Shown piece after piece: positions 28,684-39,535 of a stretch of DNA of 64,000 bases. Made by a program: the position numbers and the translations under genes. Under the pieces are notes generated by a model that saw only the letters and a list, made by a program, of their open reading frames with translations, was not told the origin of the DNA and made no database searches. The stretch's first letter is position 1. Every line of letters begins with the position of its first letter. Location: positions 11,089 to 75,088 of the forward strand of contig LBQR01000003.1 in the NCBI GenBank assembly GCA_000990945.1, given 5' to 3'. Source of the DNA: Candidatus Moranbacteria bacterium GW2011_GWF2_35_54 (GTDB lineage: Bacteria; Patescibacteriota; Minisyncoccia; Moranbacterales; UBA9337).

Positions 28684-28808
28684 TTAATTGCTTAACTTTA
28701 CTAATCTACTCCAAATTTAAATAAAATCAAGCTATGTATTTAAAAAAAGAAATTCCACATCAAGATGGGATTTCTTTTTATTATAAGGCAGATACCTTTA
28801 CCTAAGTA

Positions 28809-29621
28809 CTACTGATAATTTTGGAATTGCCTGCTGGGCAAATATTTCTTTATAAAGTTATCCGAGTCAAAAACATTAGCCTCTGCCTTGATATCCACAT
28901 TGGCTACATTTTCGCTGAATTTATAAGGCCAAATCAACTTAAAGTCTCTTTCCTCTTGGGATTTAATCGTTCTCATTTCACTCTTGCCCAAAGCGACCGG
29001 CTTTCCGTTTGCATCTCTCAAAATCATCACCAACTCGATAAAATTAAAATCAAAATTGCTCTCATTTCTCAAGAGTCCGGTTACTATGTTTTTTTCAAAC
29101 TCTTCGTAATAATTTTTTTGATATATGCTTAACTTCGGCTCTGCATATTCCAAAAATTCCTCCCATTGGACATCTTGTATTTCAAAATTCAATCGGTATG
29201 GATTAATGGAAGAATGCAAATTGAGCTCCACAATATATTTGCTTTCATCCGGTAAAACAAAACTGGTTCCTGCTCTCTTTTCTAAGACATTGCCCGCCTG
29301 ATCCAGCAATTGGAACTCATAATTAAATTTAACGGCTCCATATTTGTTGTTAACATTAGTAATGGCCGCCATTACGTCAAACTGATTTTTGTTGCCATAC
29401 ACAAAATACTTTTCATCTATCCTTATGTCTTGAGCCCGAATCTCTTCTTTGCAAGGCGCACAAACCCCACCGCAATCAATCCCGTTTTCTGATTGATTTT
29501 TTTTGCCATCCGTACAAGTTGCCGCTGGCTCAAAAATATAATAAATCAAAGCTCCCAAAACTCCAAAAAATACTATATACGCACAAATCACAATTAATCT
29601 TTTTGTCTTCCTATTCGTCAT
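28809..29621 (-). CDS. Hypothetical membrane-anchored protein with Cys-rich stretch (CTDGKK..CGGVCAPC)
   Basis: ORF with an N-terminal TM helix. Confidence 0.45.
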   Translation of the reverse strand: MTNRKTKRLIVICAYIVFFGVLGALIYYIFEPAATCTDGKKNQSENGIDCGGVCAPCKEEIRAQDIRIDEKYFVYGNKNQFDVMAAITNVNNKYGAVKFNYEFQLLDQAGNVLEKRAGTSFVLPDESKYIVELNLHSSINPYRLNFEIQDVQWEEFLEYAEPKLSIYQKNYYEEFEKNIVTGLLRNESNFDFNFIELVMILRDANGKPVALGKSEMRTIKSQEERDFKLIWPYKFSENVANVDIKAEANVFDSDNFIKKYLPSRQFQNYQ

Positions 29622-29696
29622 TTTAATTTAATGCTTTAAAACTTATTTTCACAAATTTATTATACCGCTAAAAACAATAACTGCCAATGCGGGACA

Positions 29697-29736
29697 TTTT
29701 AGCACGTTAGCAAAATCATGTTAGCATATTAACATT
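29697..29736 (-). promoter_or_regulatory. Upstream motif (gene-sense aatgttaatatgctaacatgattttgctaacgtgctaaaa)
   Basis: Site of the recurrent TAATATGCTAAC[A/G]TG motif. Points toward 28809-29621. Confidence 0.5.
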
Positions 29737-29880
29737 AAAACATAAGAACAATGTAATAATTAAGTTAAAAGTCACCAAAGTAAAGATTTATGATTTATGA
29801 AAAAATATTTATTATTCTCAAATTCTCAAATTCCTAAACTCGTCAATGGGTCAATATTTTAACAAATAAAAAAATATTAT

Positions 29881-29916
29881 TGTGCTAATATGTTGATATG
29901 CTAATATGCTAAAATG
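29881..29916 (+). promoter_or_regulatory. Upstream motif (gtgctaatatgttgatatgctaatatgctaaaatg) pointing toward rsmA
   Basis: Inverted orientation relative to 29697-29736, as expected for divergent genes. Confidence 0.5.
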
Positions 29917-29983
29917 ATTTAATTTGCTTTATCTCTTCTATTAATCTAAGCTAGAAGTAAATAATATTTAAGCTGAAAAATTT

Positions 29984-30757
29984 ATGCCTCGTTATCTAGG
30001 ACAACACTTTTTAAACAACCCGGCTATCGTAACTCAGATAGTTGATTCTTCTCAAATAAAAAAAGATGAAACCATTTTGGAGATTGGTCCCGGAGAAGGA
30101 ATCTTGACTGAAAGACTTTGCCAAGAAGCCCGGCGAGTTATCGCTGTTGAACTTGATACTAAATTAAAAACTATTTTAGAAAACAAATTTAGCCAACAGA
30201 AAAATATAGATTTAATATTTGAAGATATCTTAAAAATAAATTTACCCCAATTGTTAAATGAAAGAAAAATTGACAAGTATAAAATAATAGCCAATATTCC
30301 TTATTACATAACTTCCAAAATCATTCGATTATTTCTAGAGACTGCCCGTCAACCTGATGAATTAATTTTGATGGTTCAAAAAGAAGTCGCCCAGAGGATC
30401 GTGGCCCCCAAAGGGAAAATGAGTATCCTTTCAACTTCCGTCCAATATTACGCTCAAGCTGAAATTTTGTTTGATGTCACCAAGGATAATTTTAACCCTC
30501 CTCCTAAAGTAGATAGTAGCGTCATAAAAATATCCAATATTAAAAAAAGCGACGCCCTGGCAGATAAGCAATTTTTTAAAGTAGTGCGCGCAGGATTTTG
30601 CGCCCGCAGAAAAACTTTAATCAATAACCTATCTAACAGTTTTCATCTTGATAAAAAAGAAATAGAAAAGATTATTCTTCAAATTAATTTAACTCCCAAT
30701 ACTAGAGCGCAGGAGCTTTCTATCGATGATTGGAAAAAACTAGCCACCTTGTTTTAG
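29984..30757 (+). CDS. rsmA: 16S rRNA (adenine1518/1519-N6)-dimethyltransferase RsmA/KsgA
   Basis: LGQHFL...EIGPGEGILT SAM motif and overall KsgA architecture. Confidence 0.85.
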   Translation: MPRYLGQHFLNNPAIVTQIVDSSQIKKDETILEIGPGEGILTERLCQEARRVIAVELDTKLKTILENKFSQQKNIDLIFEDILKINLPQLLNERKIDKYKIIANIPYYITSKIIRLFLETARQPDELILMVQKEVAQRIVAPKGKMSILSTSVQYYAQAEILFDVTKDNFNPPPKVDSSVIKISNIKKSDALADKQFFKVVRAGFCARRKTLINNLSNSFHLDKKEIEKIILQINLTPNTRAQELSIDDWKKLATLF

Positions 30758-30760
30758 GTT

Positions 30761-30840
30761 TCCCCTCTCCCCCTCCTTGAGGGGGAGATGCCGACCCGCT
30801 TCGCAGTAACTTTAGCGAGGCGAGTAGGCAGAGGGGGTGG
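30761..30840. repeat. Family R copy 3 with a family-B element (cccgcttcgcagtaactttagcgaggcgag) nested inside
   Basis: R arms tttcccctctccccctccttgagggggagatgccga ... ggcagagggggtgg interrupted by a B core. Lies between convergent genes. Confidence 0.75.
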
Positions 30841-30958
30841 AGAATGAAATATTGAAAGTTTGTAAAATATGTGAAGCAAGTTACCTCCGAAAAACATACT
30901 CCTTAGGGCAGACAGGCTCTCCCAAGGGGCGAGGGGATAAGAAAAAATCCAATTTACT

Positions 30959-32572
30959 TTAAAAAACAACCAACTTTATCAAAACAGCCAGATAAATAAT
31001 GACCAGACCCATGACCCACCAGATTAAGTTGCGGTTACTTATCTTTTTATTTTCTCCGCTAGAAGTCACCACCCAAAAAGACAACCCTCCGACAATAATC
31101 GCCCACAATAATAATCGAGACTCGTTTAGCAGAATCACACTTAAAAAATAAGATAAAAATATTCCGCTACCAATGATAATTTTTCCCCAATATTCGCCAA
31201 AGACTACCGGGATAGTTGCCACTCCGTCCAATTTATCCCCTTTAATATCCTTTAGATCCTTGATGGGCAAGGCTAACGTTAAAGAAAATAACATTAACCA
31301 AAAAATTCTTTTGGGAAATTCTATTATATCTTGAGAAAAAGTAACCAGAATAAAGCCCGCAAAAATTACCAAAAGCGAGGCCAACGCGCTGATAAAAGTT
31401 GATAGGAAAGTAAATCTTTTCAATCTAAGCGGCCAAGCAGAATAAAGCCAAGCTAGCATTTGATAAGCCAGAAGCAGTAAGGCTATCTTGGGGTTTATCA
31501 AAGCTGCATATAAAATAGAAAAAGCAAAAAGCACTACTCCGATTGTTATGTATTCATCCTGCCTAAAATCCCCCACTATCAAAGGACGCTTATCATTAGT
31601 AACTTTGTCTATTTTTTTATCAAAAATATCATTGAAAACCACCGAAGCCAGCCACGCCAGAGAGATTGCGATAACTATATTCAAAAAACTGATAAAATTA
31701 AAAAAACTAAAATCCCAATTAATTTCAGTTAAAGAAATTCCCAACCCCATTCCCACAAATAACAATCCTGCATGATAAATTAATTGGACGGGACGAGAGT
31801 TTTTCAAAAAAGATATGAACTTATCTTTATAATAAAAAAATAATCCCAAAATAATCAATCCTGCCAACAAAACTGCATAAACGAGAGAGATTTTAATGCT
31901 CAGTGCGTTAGTATAATTTCCTGTTTCTCGAGAGAACAATCTGGCAGAAGTAAAAAATAATTGCACAATGTCCATATCTTTCACCTGCATAAAGCCCTTA
32001 GAAAAACCTTTCACCGCTATAGTTGCCCACGAAGGAGATGTCCCCAGCACAAATAAAATTATATAAGTTTGCAATGCTAAAAATAAACCCCTTATTTTAC
32101 TTTTTGTTTTCAAATATCCGTAAATGCCCAAAGCTATCACTGCCATTGCGATTTCAAATCTGACTCCGTAAGTTACTCCAAAGTCAGGGCTATCTCCAAA
32201 AAAAGTAAAAAATCTTCGAGGCATCTCTGCTAAACTGTAAACGCCATAAAAACTTAAATACAATTTATCTTTAAATAAGATAAAATCAATCAAAGGAGGA
32301 AATATAATAATCAAATATCCCCAAATTAATACATTGGAAGCTATTTTTATCTTAATTTTCAAATTTTTAATAAGCAGACCCAAAAGTATCAGATAGGTCA
32401 AAAGAAAAAAGAAAAAAGTATAAGCAACATGGTGAAAAAAATAATTTCCTGTTCTACTTACCATTCCATCAATCCGAGCCGTAATAATACCCAAAAAAGT
32501 ACAGAGCCAAATATAAAAAGAAGTAGGAGAATTTTCTATTTTTTTAATTAAATCTTTTAGAGATAAAACCAT
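30959..32572 (-). CDS. Polytopic membrane protein with C-terminal UbiA-family prenyltransferase domain
   Basis: NDIFDKKIDKVTNDKRPL (NDxxDxxxD) motif plus ~14 TM helices. Confidence 0.55.
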   Translation of the reverse strand: MVLSLKDLIKKIENSPTSFYIWLCTFLGIITARIDGMVSRTGNYFFHHVAYTFFFFLLTYLILLGLLIKNLKIKIKIASNVLIWGYLIIIFPPLIDFILFKDKLYLSFYGVYSLAEMPRRFFTFFGDSPDFGVTYGVRFEIAMAVIALGIYGYLKTKSKIRGLFLALQTYIILFVLGTSPSWATIAVKGFSKGFMQVKDMDIVQLFFTSARLFSRETGNYTNALSIKISLVYAVLLAGLIILGLFFYYKDKFISFLKNSRPVQLIYHAGLLFVGMGLGISLTEINWDFSFFNFISFLNIVIAISLAWLASVVFNDIFDKKIDKVTNDKRPLIVGDFRQDEYITIGVVLFAFSILYAALINPKIALLLLAYQMLAWLYSAWPLRLKRFTFLSTFISALASLLVIFAGFILVTFSQDIIEFPKRIFWLMLFSLTLALPIKDLKDIKGDKLDGVATIPVVFGEYWGKIIIGSGIFLSYFLSVILLNESRLLLWAIIVGGLSFWVVTSSGENKKISNRNLIWWVMGLVIIYLAVLIKLVVF

Positions 32573-32580
32573 AAACGTAA

Positions 32581-32620
32581 GGCATGCAACATATTAACAT
32601 TTTAACATGTTAACAAGCAA
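32581..32620 (-). promoter_or_regulatory. Upstream motif variant (gene-sense aaaatgttaatatgttgcatg) abutting the UbiA-like gene start
   Basis: Variant of the recurrent motif. Confidence 0.4.
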
Positions 32621-32726
32621 ATAACTTAACACTGAAACAAATTATTATTCGTCAACAGTCATTGAATCATCGAGTCATGAAACATGAAAACAATATAACA
32701 ATTTAGCAATATACCAATTTGATATT

Positions 32727-32838
32727 ATTCGTATATCCGTATTTAATTAGTAATTAGTAAAGATTTCGTAATTTCGTAAAATTCGCCCGCCACGTGATAA
32801 AAAATTTATTTTTTATTTTACGTGGTATTTCGTAGGGG
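32727..32838. promoter_or_regulatory. Array of TTCGTA direct repeats (ttattcgtatatccgta...tttcgtaatttcgtaaaattcg...atttcgtagggg) in divergent promoter region
   Basis: Same hexamer arrays at 49019-49052 and 55631-55648. Confidence 0.45.
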
Positions 32839-32949
32839 CATAAAAAGGATACCATTAAAAGCATTGCCAAATCAAGTATTTTTATGCTATAATTTTTTTA
32901 GAAGATTTTATGCCGTTACAGAATTTAAAATAAAAAAATAAACAGAATT

Positions 32950-33957
32950 ATGTATTTAGTAGAAGTAAAAAAAATAAAAGCAACTTTATTGATTTTTTTC
33001 TTGCTCTTGTTTTTTGGATATTCTCTCTCTATTATTGCCCAAGAAAATTCTAATGGTAATAATGTTTTTTCTGATGCTGATCAAGATGGACTTAGCGACA
33101 CAGACGAATCAAGGTATGGCACAGATCCAAAAAATTCTGATTCTGATAGTGACGGATACCAAGACGGTGCAGAGATCAAGAGCGGATATGATCCGCTTAA
33201 ACCGGCCCCTGGAGATAAAATTAATGCCCCCAAGGCTAAAACCAATTACAATAACATAAATATAGACACCAAATCTCCTGAATCTGGGAACTTAACTGAT
33301 GAATTTTCCGCCAGAATTGCTGAGATGGTCGAAAGCGGCGGAGAAGGCGGAGTGGATATGGGTAGTATAAATAGCTTGATAGAAGAAAAGCTTGCAGGGG
33401 ACATCTCTTTTGAAGATTTGCCCGAAATAGATGAATCCAAGATAAAAATGAAAAAACAAAACTATTCCGGTTATGGCAAAGAAAAGCAAGCTCGCAAGAA
33501 CAAAGAAGATGATGAAGAATACCTATCTTCTATTTTCTATATAATGACCAATAATTTACCTCATTCCATCGATTCCAAAGAATCCATAGAAGGATTTTCC
33601 GATGAAATAATGAAGATGATTCCTTCGGTTGTCTCTCCTACTGGCAACATTGGGGTCGATTATTTCACAGACTTAGCCGACAAAGGTGCTGTAATATTGG
33701 AAAAATTAAATGATTTAGAGGTTCCGGCCGATATGCTAGATATTCACAAAAAAGGTTTACGATTGGCCACCTATGCCATATCCCTTAAGGAAAAAGTGAA
33801 AGTCGACGTCGGTGATCCTATCGCATCTTTAGTTAGCTTTTCTGAAGTTGAAAAAATCATGGTTCTTGCTAATGATTATATAAGCGAAACGGAAGCGAAA
33901 CTAAAAGAATTAGATTTAACTAATTTTGTTATGGAAAAGGCTGGGCCAATATTATGA
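32950..33957 (+). CDS. Secreted protein with thrombospondin type-3-like Ca-binding repeats
   Basis: Signal peptide. DADQDGLSDTDE...DSDSDGYQDG repeats. Confidence 0.55.
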   Translation: MYLVEVKKIKATLLIFFLLLFFGYSLSIIAQENSNGNNVFSDADQDGLSDTDESRYGTDPKNSDSDSDGYQDGAEIKSGYDPLKPAPGDKINAPKAKTNYNNINIDTKSPESGNLTDEFSARIAEMVESGGEGGVDMGSINSLIEEKLAGDISFEDLPEIDESKIKMKKQNYSGYGKEKQARKNKEDDEEYLSSIFYIMTNNLPHSIDSKESIEGFSDEIMKMIPSVVSPTGNIGVDYFTDLADKGAVILEKLNDLEVPADMLDIHKKGLRLATYAISLKEKVKVDVGDPIASLVSFSEVEKIMVLANDYISETEAKLKELDLTNFVMEKAGPIL

Positions 33958-34814
33958 GTAAAAAAATTATATTTAGCGCAATTATCTTAATATTTATAAC
34001 TTCTGCCACACCTACACATAGGGCCAGTGCCGTTGTGGCATGGCCAGATCTCGGCAATGCCTTTTTTAGGACTATGCTGGATGGAATGTGGGAGCAAATC
34101 AAAGCTGCTATCATTGGCGCTCTCAAAAAAGCTGCCATTGAAACAATCAGTGATACTGTCAACAATTTAATTTCCGGAACTTCACAAGCGGCTTCACTTT
34201 TCATTACTGACTGGGAAGACTATCTATTCAATAGCCCCACTGGATCTACAAACAGTTACATAAATGACTTTTTTACAGTTACTACTAGAGGGAAATCATC
34301 CGGATCATACAGCTCAGGAGCTTGCAAAGGATCTTACAGCGAATGGCGCTCAGCTAGAGCCAAGGATTATGTCGTTACTATCGACTATACTTCTTTGCAA
34401 GATACCTTTGAAGAATGGGCCTGCGGACCGGTTGAAATGTTTAACGATGGAACCTGGGCGGCCTACAACGCTTTTATGGAGCCCAAAAATAATCCCCTCG
34501 CCTATGCGCTCATAACGGAAAGTGTGTATGAGAAAAAGCTAGCTCAAGAAAAAGAAAAAGCCGCTCTTCAAGCTCAGTCTTACGCAGGATTTACCGCCCA
34601 AAAAACCAAAGAAGGGGTTGTGATTACTCCGGGCTCAGTTCTTGAAGGCATCACCGTAGCCGCCAACACCATGGATAATGATGCTATTGCTAATGCCAGA
34701 AATGCCGGAGAAATTGCCGGCATAGTGGTAGGAAAAATCGCTACTGGTATTATAAAAAATGGTATCGGAAAAGCTCGCCAAAATGTTCAAAACAAAATTA
34801 ACGATAGGCTTTAA
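33954..34814 (+). CDS. Secreted hypothetical protein (co-transcribed, 4-nt overlap)
   Basis: Signal peptide. No recognised domain. Confidence 0.5.
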   Translation: MSKKIIFSAIILIFITSATPTHRASAVVAWPDLGNAFFRTMLDGMWEQIKAAIIGALKKAAIETISDTVNNLISGTSQAASLFITDWEDYLFNSPTGSTNSYINDFFTVTTRGKSSGSYSSGACKGSYSEWRSARAKDYVVTIDYTSLQDTFEEWACGPVEMFNDGTWAAYNAFMEPKNNPLAYALITESVYEKKLAQEKEKAALQAQSYAGFTAQKTKEGVVITPGSVLEGITVAANTMDNDAIANARNAGEIAGIVVGKIATGIIKNGIGKARQNVQNKINDRL

Positions 34815-34997
34815 AGGGTCTTACTCCCAGCGGACATCTTTTGCAAGGAGGAGGATCAAATCTCGGCACTATGGGCCGCTCCAGCGCCAGCCAATGTAAC
34901 TTAAAATAAATTTTACGCTTAATCCTCAACCAAAAAACCATCCTCTGTTTGAAAGGATGGTTTTTTGATTTCTGCAAAATATATATTTGCATCATTA

Positions 34998-35996
34998 TTA
35001 ATGAGTGATTGATTCAGGCGCTCTATCGTTGGGCAAAACTACTACCAATTCCTCTTCTAAGTTTTTAACATCCCTGCTTTCCCTTCCTATCTCATGAAAG
35101 AATAATATCCAAACAGCTTCAAAAAAAACATTCAAAATTGCCCTGGCTAAAGTTACTAAGGCGACAAATATTATGACAGCGGATATGCCCAGGACAATTA
35201 AAGCAAATTCCCCTGCTATCTTATAAGCGATAATGCCTATTATCCATCCTGGGATAGCTACTCCTATTAAGATGAAAATGATGATGATGCCGATAACCAA
35301 ATTAACAGCTCCCGAAACTATTCCCATTATAAGACTTTCTTTTATATTTTTTTCAAATAATCCATAAGCTAATTTTATTGAATTCTTGATACCCAAATCA
35401 CTACCGACTAAATACATCTGCGCATATGTTCTAAAATAAGAGAATAGAATGGCAATTGAAACCAAAAGTAAAAAAGCAACCAAACCCAGCAAAATAGCGG
35501 CCCCATAACTCTTCAAAATAGCCAGTCTCACTACCGGGAAAGCTAGGATAAAAAGCAAGATGAGAAAAGATATTGAAAAAAATAACTTTATCAAAAATAA
35601 CCTGCCCAAAAAATATATTCCTTTTTTAAATCCTGAAGAAAAAGAAAAATTCTCTTTTTTAATCACCTTAAAAATAGAGTCAATCAGCGCTCCTCGCCCA
35701 ATCAATCCCACTACATAGAGAATGATTGCGATAAGAATGACTATCGCTATCGCTAGGATTATCCACCCGCTGTACAGCTCCCAATAATAGAAGATTCTCC
35801 TCATCATATTCATATATTCCATTTCATCAAATTTAATATCGGAAGAATTATTTGGAAAAGTATAATTAAAAGAGAAACATGATCCGCTAAAAATAGTCAG
35901 CAGTCCAAACCACCATAAAATTTTATTATGTATGGTTATGTTTGTAGCTTCTTTGATAATGGTAAAGTAATTAATTTTTTTATTAGTTTTCTTCAT
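34998..35996 (-). CDS. Hypothetical polytopic membrane protein
   Basis: Multiple TM helices. Confidence 0.5.
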   Translation of the reverse strand: MKKTNKKINYFTIIKEATNITIHNKILWWFGLLTIFSGSCFSFNYTFPNNSSDIKFDEMEYMNMMRRIFYYWELYSGWIILAIAIVILIAIILYVVGLIGRGALIDSIFKVIKKENFSFSSGFKKGIYFLGRLFLIKLFFSISFLILLFILAFPVVRLAILKSYGAAILLGLVAFLLLVSIAILFSYFRTYAQMYLVGSDLGIKNSIKLAYGLFEKNIKESLIMGIVSGAVNLVIGIIIIFILIGVAIPGWIIGIIAYKIAGEFALIVLGISAVIIFVALVTLARAILNVFFEAVWILFFHEIGRESRDVKNLEEELVVVLPNDRAPESITH

Positions 35997-36085
35997 TTGT
36001 TATTATATTTAATTAATGAATTTATTTATGCAATTAGATTAATATTTGGGTCATTAGAGTGCTTATTTGTAAATTCGAGTCGCTA

Positions 36086-36745
36086 TTAAAACTTATTATA
36101 ATAATATTTAACATCCGCAATCCATTTATCTACGCTTTCCGGATTGTGAGCATCACAGCTATAGCCGCATTTCCAGACCACCATTTCTTCAGGAGTATTA
36201 ATTCCGTTATCAATTAATTCTTTTATCCTGTCGGCCACAGATTTTACCGCATCTCTTTGATTGTCAAAACAAGTATGGCCCCCGCTTCCCATTCTTTCTC
36301 TTTTCTGGCGGAATCCCCAAAAATTATTACATTCTTCTCCGTTTCGCTTAGGAGTTCTTTTACCCCAATTACTTTCTTTCTTGGCAATTGCTACTATAAA
36401 AGCCGCTGTTTGCTCATCCTCTTGCGCAATGTACCGCGTCATGTTTTCAATTGGAAATCCAGCTGTGGCTTTTCTGATTCTATTTTCTAATTCAATATTT
36501 CTTTTTACTAAATTAACCTGCATTGTTTTCGCAGGCTGATATTTAATGTTATCTATTGATTCGAGAGAAAAATAAGTAAAAACAGATAAAAAAGACACTA
36601 AAATGACCAATAAAAAGTTTTTTAAATAACTTCCGTCAATATTAGATATATCTCCTAGCTTTTTATTACAAAAAACCAACCAATTTTCTGGTCCATTAAT
36701 CATTTCTCTCTTTATTTTATTGTATTTTTGTCTTATTTTGTCCAT
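36086..36745 (-). CDS. Membrane-anchored putative peptidoglycan hydrolase (glucosaminidase/FlgJ-like motif AIAKKESNWGK)
   Basis: Weak motif-level similarity only. Confidence 0.4.
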   Translation of the reverse strand: MDKIRQKYNKIKREMINGPENWLVFCNKKLGDISNIDGSYLKNFLLVILVSFLSVFTYFSLESIDNIKYQPAKTMQVNLVKRNIELENRIRKATAGFPIENMTRYIAQEDEQTAAFIVAIAKKESNWGKRTPKRNGEECNNFWGFRQKRERMGSGGHTCFDNQRDAVKSVADRIKELIDNGINTPEEMVVWKCGYSCDAHNPESVDKWIADVKYYYNKF

Positions 36746-36930
36746 AATTGGGCTTAAAATATAAAAAACGGGAATCTACACCCGTTTATTTACCTATAAT
36801 CATTATACACTATTTCAAGCCAAAAAGCAAGCTACCGTTTTTTCTGTCTTTTTTCTGTCTTTTCTTTATTTCTTTAACATTGGACCTGCTCGCAGTACAG
36901 AGAGACTCATATTTCCCGAATTCTCCCAAC

Positions 36931-36981
36931 CATGCTACAATGCTAATATGCTGAAATGTTAATATGTTAACGTGAATAACT
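36931..36981 (+). promoter_or_regulatory. Upstream motif (gctaatatgctgaaatgttaatatgttaacgtgaataact) ending at dnaX ATG
   Basis: Variant of the recurrent motif, adjacent to the start codon. Confidence 0.5.
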
Positions 36982-38676
36982 ATGTCTTCCAATACTCTTT
37001 ATCGCAAATATCGACCCTCTCAATTCAATGACGTTGTCGGTCAACAGCATATCGTCCGCACACTTTCTAATGCCATTGAGAACAATCGTGCTGGACAAGC
37101 TTACCTTTTTACCGGTCCCAGAGGAACCGGAAAAACTACATTTGCTAGAGTCTTTGCCAAAACAGTTAATTGCACTGCCCCAATAAAAAAATCCAAAGAT
37201 CACTTTTTAGCTCCTTGCCTCAAATGTGAAAATTGCCAACAATTTGAAAACAATACTTCCGCCGACATCATAGAAATCGATGCTGCCTCTAATACTGGCG
37301 TGGACAATATCCGCGAACTGCGAGAAACTGCCAAGCTTTCTCCTTTTAAAGGAAAATATAAAATTTACATTATCGATGAAGTCCATATGCTTTCTTCAGG
37401 AGCTTTCAATGCTCTTCTAAAAATTTTAGAAGAGCCACCTGCTCATATTATTTTTATCCTCGCCACGACCGAAATCCACAAAGTTCCCGAAACTATAATT
37501 TCTCGTTGTCAAAGATTTGATTTTTCCAAATTTGACATTGAGGAAATTATCGGTAAACTTTCTGCCATCGTCAAAAAAGAAAAAATAACTATCGAAGAAC
37601 CTGCTCTTGAATTAATTGCTATCAGCGCTGAAGGCGGGATGCGCGACGCTGAGTCTCTGCTAGAGCAAATTATAACTCTGGAAAAAAATAAAATTACCAG
37701 CGAGAAAGTTGCCGATATCCTAGGAATCAGTAGTAACCAATCTGTAGAAGAATTGACTGCGCTTGTTTTTGATAAAAAAACTGCTCAAGCGCTTTTACTT
37801 ATCAATAAAATTTATAAAGATGGTTACAATCTGGAGTTTCTCGCCAAAAGCTGGCTAGAATATCTGCGCAAAATAATGCTTTTAAATATTGATGCTAGTC
37901 TGGATAAAAAAATATTTTCCAAAATGACAAAAGAGCAAAAAGAAAGTATTAAACTTATCTCTCAAAAAACTTCTCTTAATTTTATCATTCTTTGCGTCGA
38001 TAAGATTGCAGAAAATATTCCTAAAATTAAAGAATCTTTCATTCCTCAACTTCCACTTGAATCAATGATTGTGGAATTAACCAAATCTGATTTTGCTGAC
38101 GCTCCTTTGATAAAGACTTCCACTCCGCCTCCAACTCCGCCCAAAGAAGTTGTCGAAAATAAAGTTATCCCTGCCGAAAAGAACGATGCGCTTGCTGATC
38201 CAGCCAAAAAAACTCCTATCCAGCCACCCGTTGCCGAAGTTATTGTTGATCAAATCCCTCTTAAGAATGCTCCAATTGAAACCCCCCTATCCACTGGAGA
38301 AAAAATAAATGTTTATGAAATTGAAAAAAAGTGGAAAGAAATAGTAGATGAACTTCGTGATAAAAATTGTTCGCTAGCTATGATGCTTTCTAACTCTGTA
38401 CCAATCGAAAGTTCTAAATCTGATACGATTCACATTGTTATTCGCCACTCCTTCCAAAAAGATTTAATTAACAAAGCAGAAAATAGGTTGACAATTGGTG
38501 AAATTTCTAATAAAATCACAGGGTTGGTGTTTAAAGTAGTGGCGGTTAGCGAAGAAGAGTCGCCCGACATAAATCCGGACATGGTGGACGGAGCATGCGG
38601 GACAAACGGCAACTCGCAAGAATCATTACTCTCTGACGCTATGAGTCTAATGGGCGCCACGGTAATAACCGAATAA
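36982..38676 (+). CDS. dnaX: DNA polymerase III subunit gamma/tau
   Basis: YRKYRPSQFNDVVGQQH...GPRGTGKTT, DEVHML, SRCQRF motifs. Confidence 0.9.
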   Translation: MSSNTLYRKYRPSQFNDVVGQQHIVRTLSNAIENNRAGQAYLFTGPRGTGKTTFARVFAKTVNCTAPIKKSKDHFLAPCLKCENCQQFENNTSADIIEIDAASNTGVDNIRELRETAKLSPFKGKYKIYIIDEVHMLSSGAFNALLKILEEPPAHIIFILATTEIHKVPETIISRCQRFDFSKFDIEEIIGKLSAIVKKEKITIEEPALELIAISAEGGMRDAESLLEQIITLEKNKITSEKVADILGISSNQSVEELTALVFDKKTAQALLLINKIYKDGYNLEFLAKSWLEYLRKIMLLNIDASLDKKIFSKMTKEQKESIKLISQKTSLNFIILCVDKIAENIPKIKESFIPQLPLESMIVELTKSDFADAPLIKTSTPPPTPPKEVVENKVIPAEKNDALADPAKKTPIQPPVAEVIVDQIPLKNAPIETPLSTGEKINVYEIEKKWKEIVDELRDKNCSLAMMLSNSVPIESSKSDTIHIVIRHSFQKDLINKAENRLTIGEISNKITGLVFKVVAVSEEESPDINPDMVDGACGTNGNSQESLLSDAMSLMGATVITE

Positions 38677-38750
38677 ATAATCATGGAGCAATAATCATAG
38701 AACATAAAACATTTCTGTTATGTGTTATATGCTATGTGATTTGTGAAAAT

Positions 38751-38822
38751 TGGGGATTAGCCAAGCGGTAAGGCAACGGGTTTTGATCCCGTCATGCGGG
38801 GGTTCGAATCCCTCATCCCCAA
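38751..38822 (+). tRNA. tRNA-Gln (anticodon TTG)
   Basis: Cloverleaf by eye: acceptor tggggat/atcccca, D-arm gccaagcggtaaggc, anticodon loop ttTTGat. Closely resembles E. coli tRNA-Gln (UGGGGUAUCGCCAAGCGGUAAGGC...). CCA not encoded. Confidence 0.8.
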
Positions 38823-38833
38823 CAAATTAAATT

Positions 38834-38858
38834 TAAAAGCACCCCTGGTGCTTTTTAA
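38834..38858 (+). terminator. Hairpin aaagcacc-cctg-gtgcttt + T-run downstream of tRNA
   Basis: Seen in sequence. Confidence 0.55.
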
Positions 38859-38974
38859 ATTCTTGAACTCAAATAAATTTGACTTCTTATCTTATTTATA
38901 TTACATTTATATGTTCTTTGGAAAATCAATGGAAGCCATTCAATTAAGATAAACCTCTAAAAAAAGGTGCCAAA

Positions 38975-39325
38975 ATGAAAAAGATTTTATTCGTAGTTGG
39001 TTTTATTTGTTTTACAGCGATTTCTTCAATCAATGTTGGCGCTGGAGATGTCATGCAACCACCCGAAGATCTAAAAAGTCTTGTTGGAAAAGTCGTCAAA
39101 TTTCAAGACATCTTCAACAACTACACTTTCATCTGCCGCATAACTGGAATATCTGATTATTCTGCGTCCATGGGCAGACAAGTTACGTTGTCTGTTTCCG
39201 ATCTGGATTATTACGGAGCAGAGATCAAGAAGATATCATATATAATATCGACCTCCGAAGAAGAGCGTTGGCAACTAACGATTGAGGGCAAACCGCATAA
39301 AATCAACATCGTATCCATTGAATGA
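38975..39325 (+). CDS. Small secreted hypothetical protein
   Basis: Signal peptide MKKILFVVGFICFTAISSINVGA. Confidence 0.5.
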   Translation: MKKILFVVGFICFTAISSINVGAGDVMQPPEDLKSLVGKVVKFQDIFNNYTFICRITGISDYSASMGRQVTLSVSDLDYYGAEIKKISYIISTSEEERWQLTIEGKPHKINIVSIE

Positions 39326-39535
39326 AAGTGAGCAACCTCGCTCAACCGCCACCCTGCCAAAATTTGGCATGGGTGGTGTTTTTAAATTTAATTGTTACGT
39401 TAATTATTCCGTTGACATCCTAAAACGGTTGCGCTATCATTACCGACAAGTCATATTTGGATAGTTTTTTTCTAACAAGTGTACTATATCTGGCATGAAC
39501 AGGTTTCTCATCATTTCAAAAAGGAGGAAAGAGCA

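Noticed and set aside
30754-30969. 71-aa ORF on minus strand between rsmA and the UbiA-like gene
   Set aside because: Composed of repeat R3/B sequences (PPPLPTRLAKVTAKRVGISPSRRGRGET). Spurious.
39479-39535. Upstream extension of ORF 39479-40105 (MYYIWHEQ...)
   Set aside because: No RBS, whereas the internal ATG has a perfect aaaggagg. My by-eye base indexing in this stretch disagrees with the ORF track by 1 nt, so I use the track-derived 39536.
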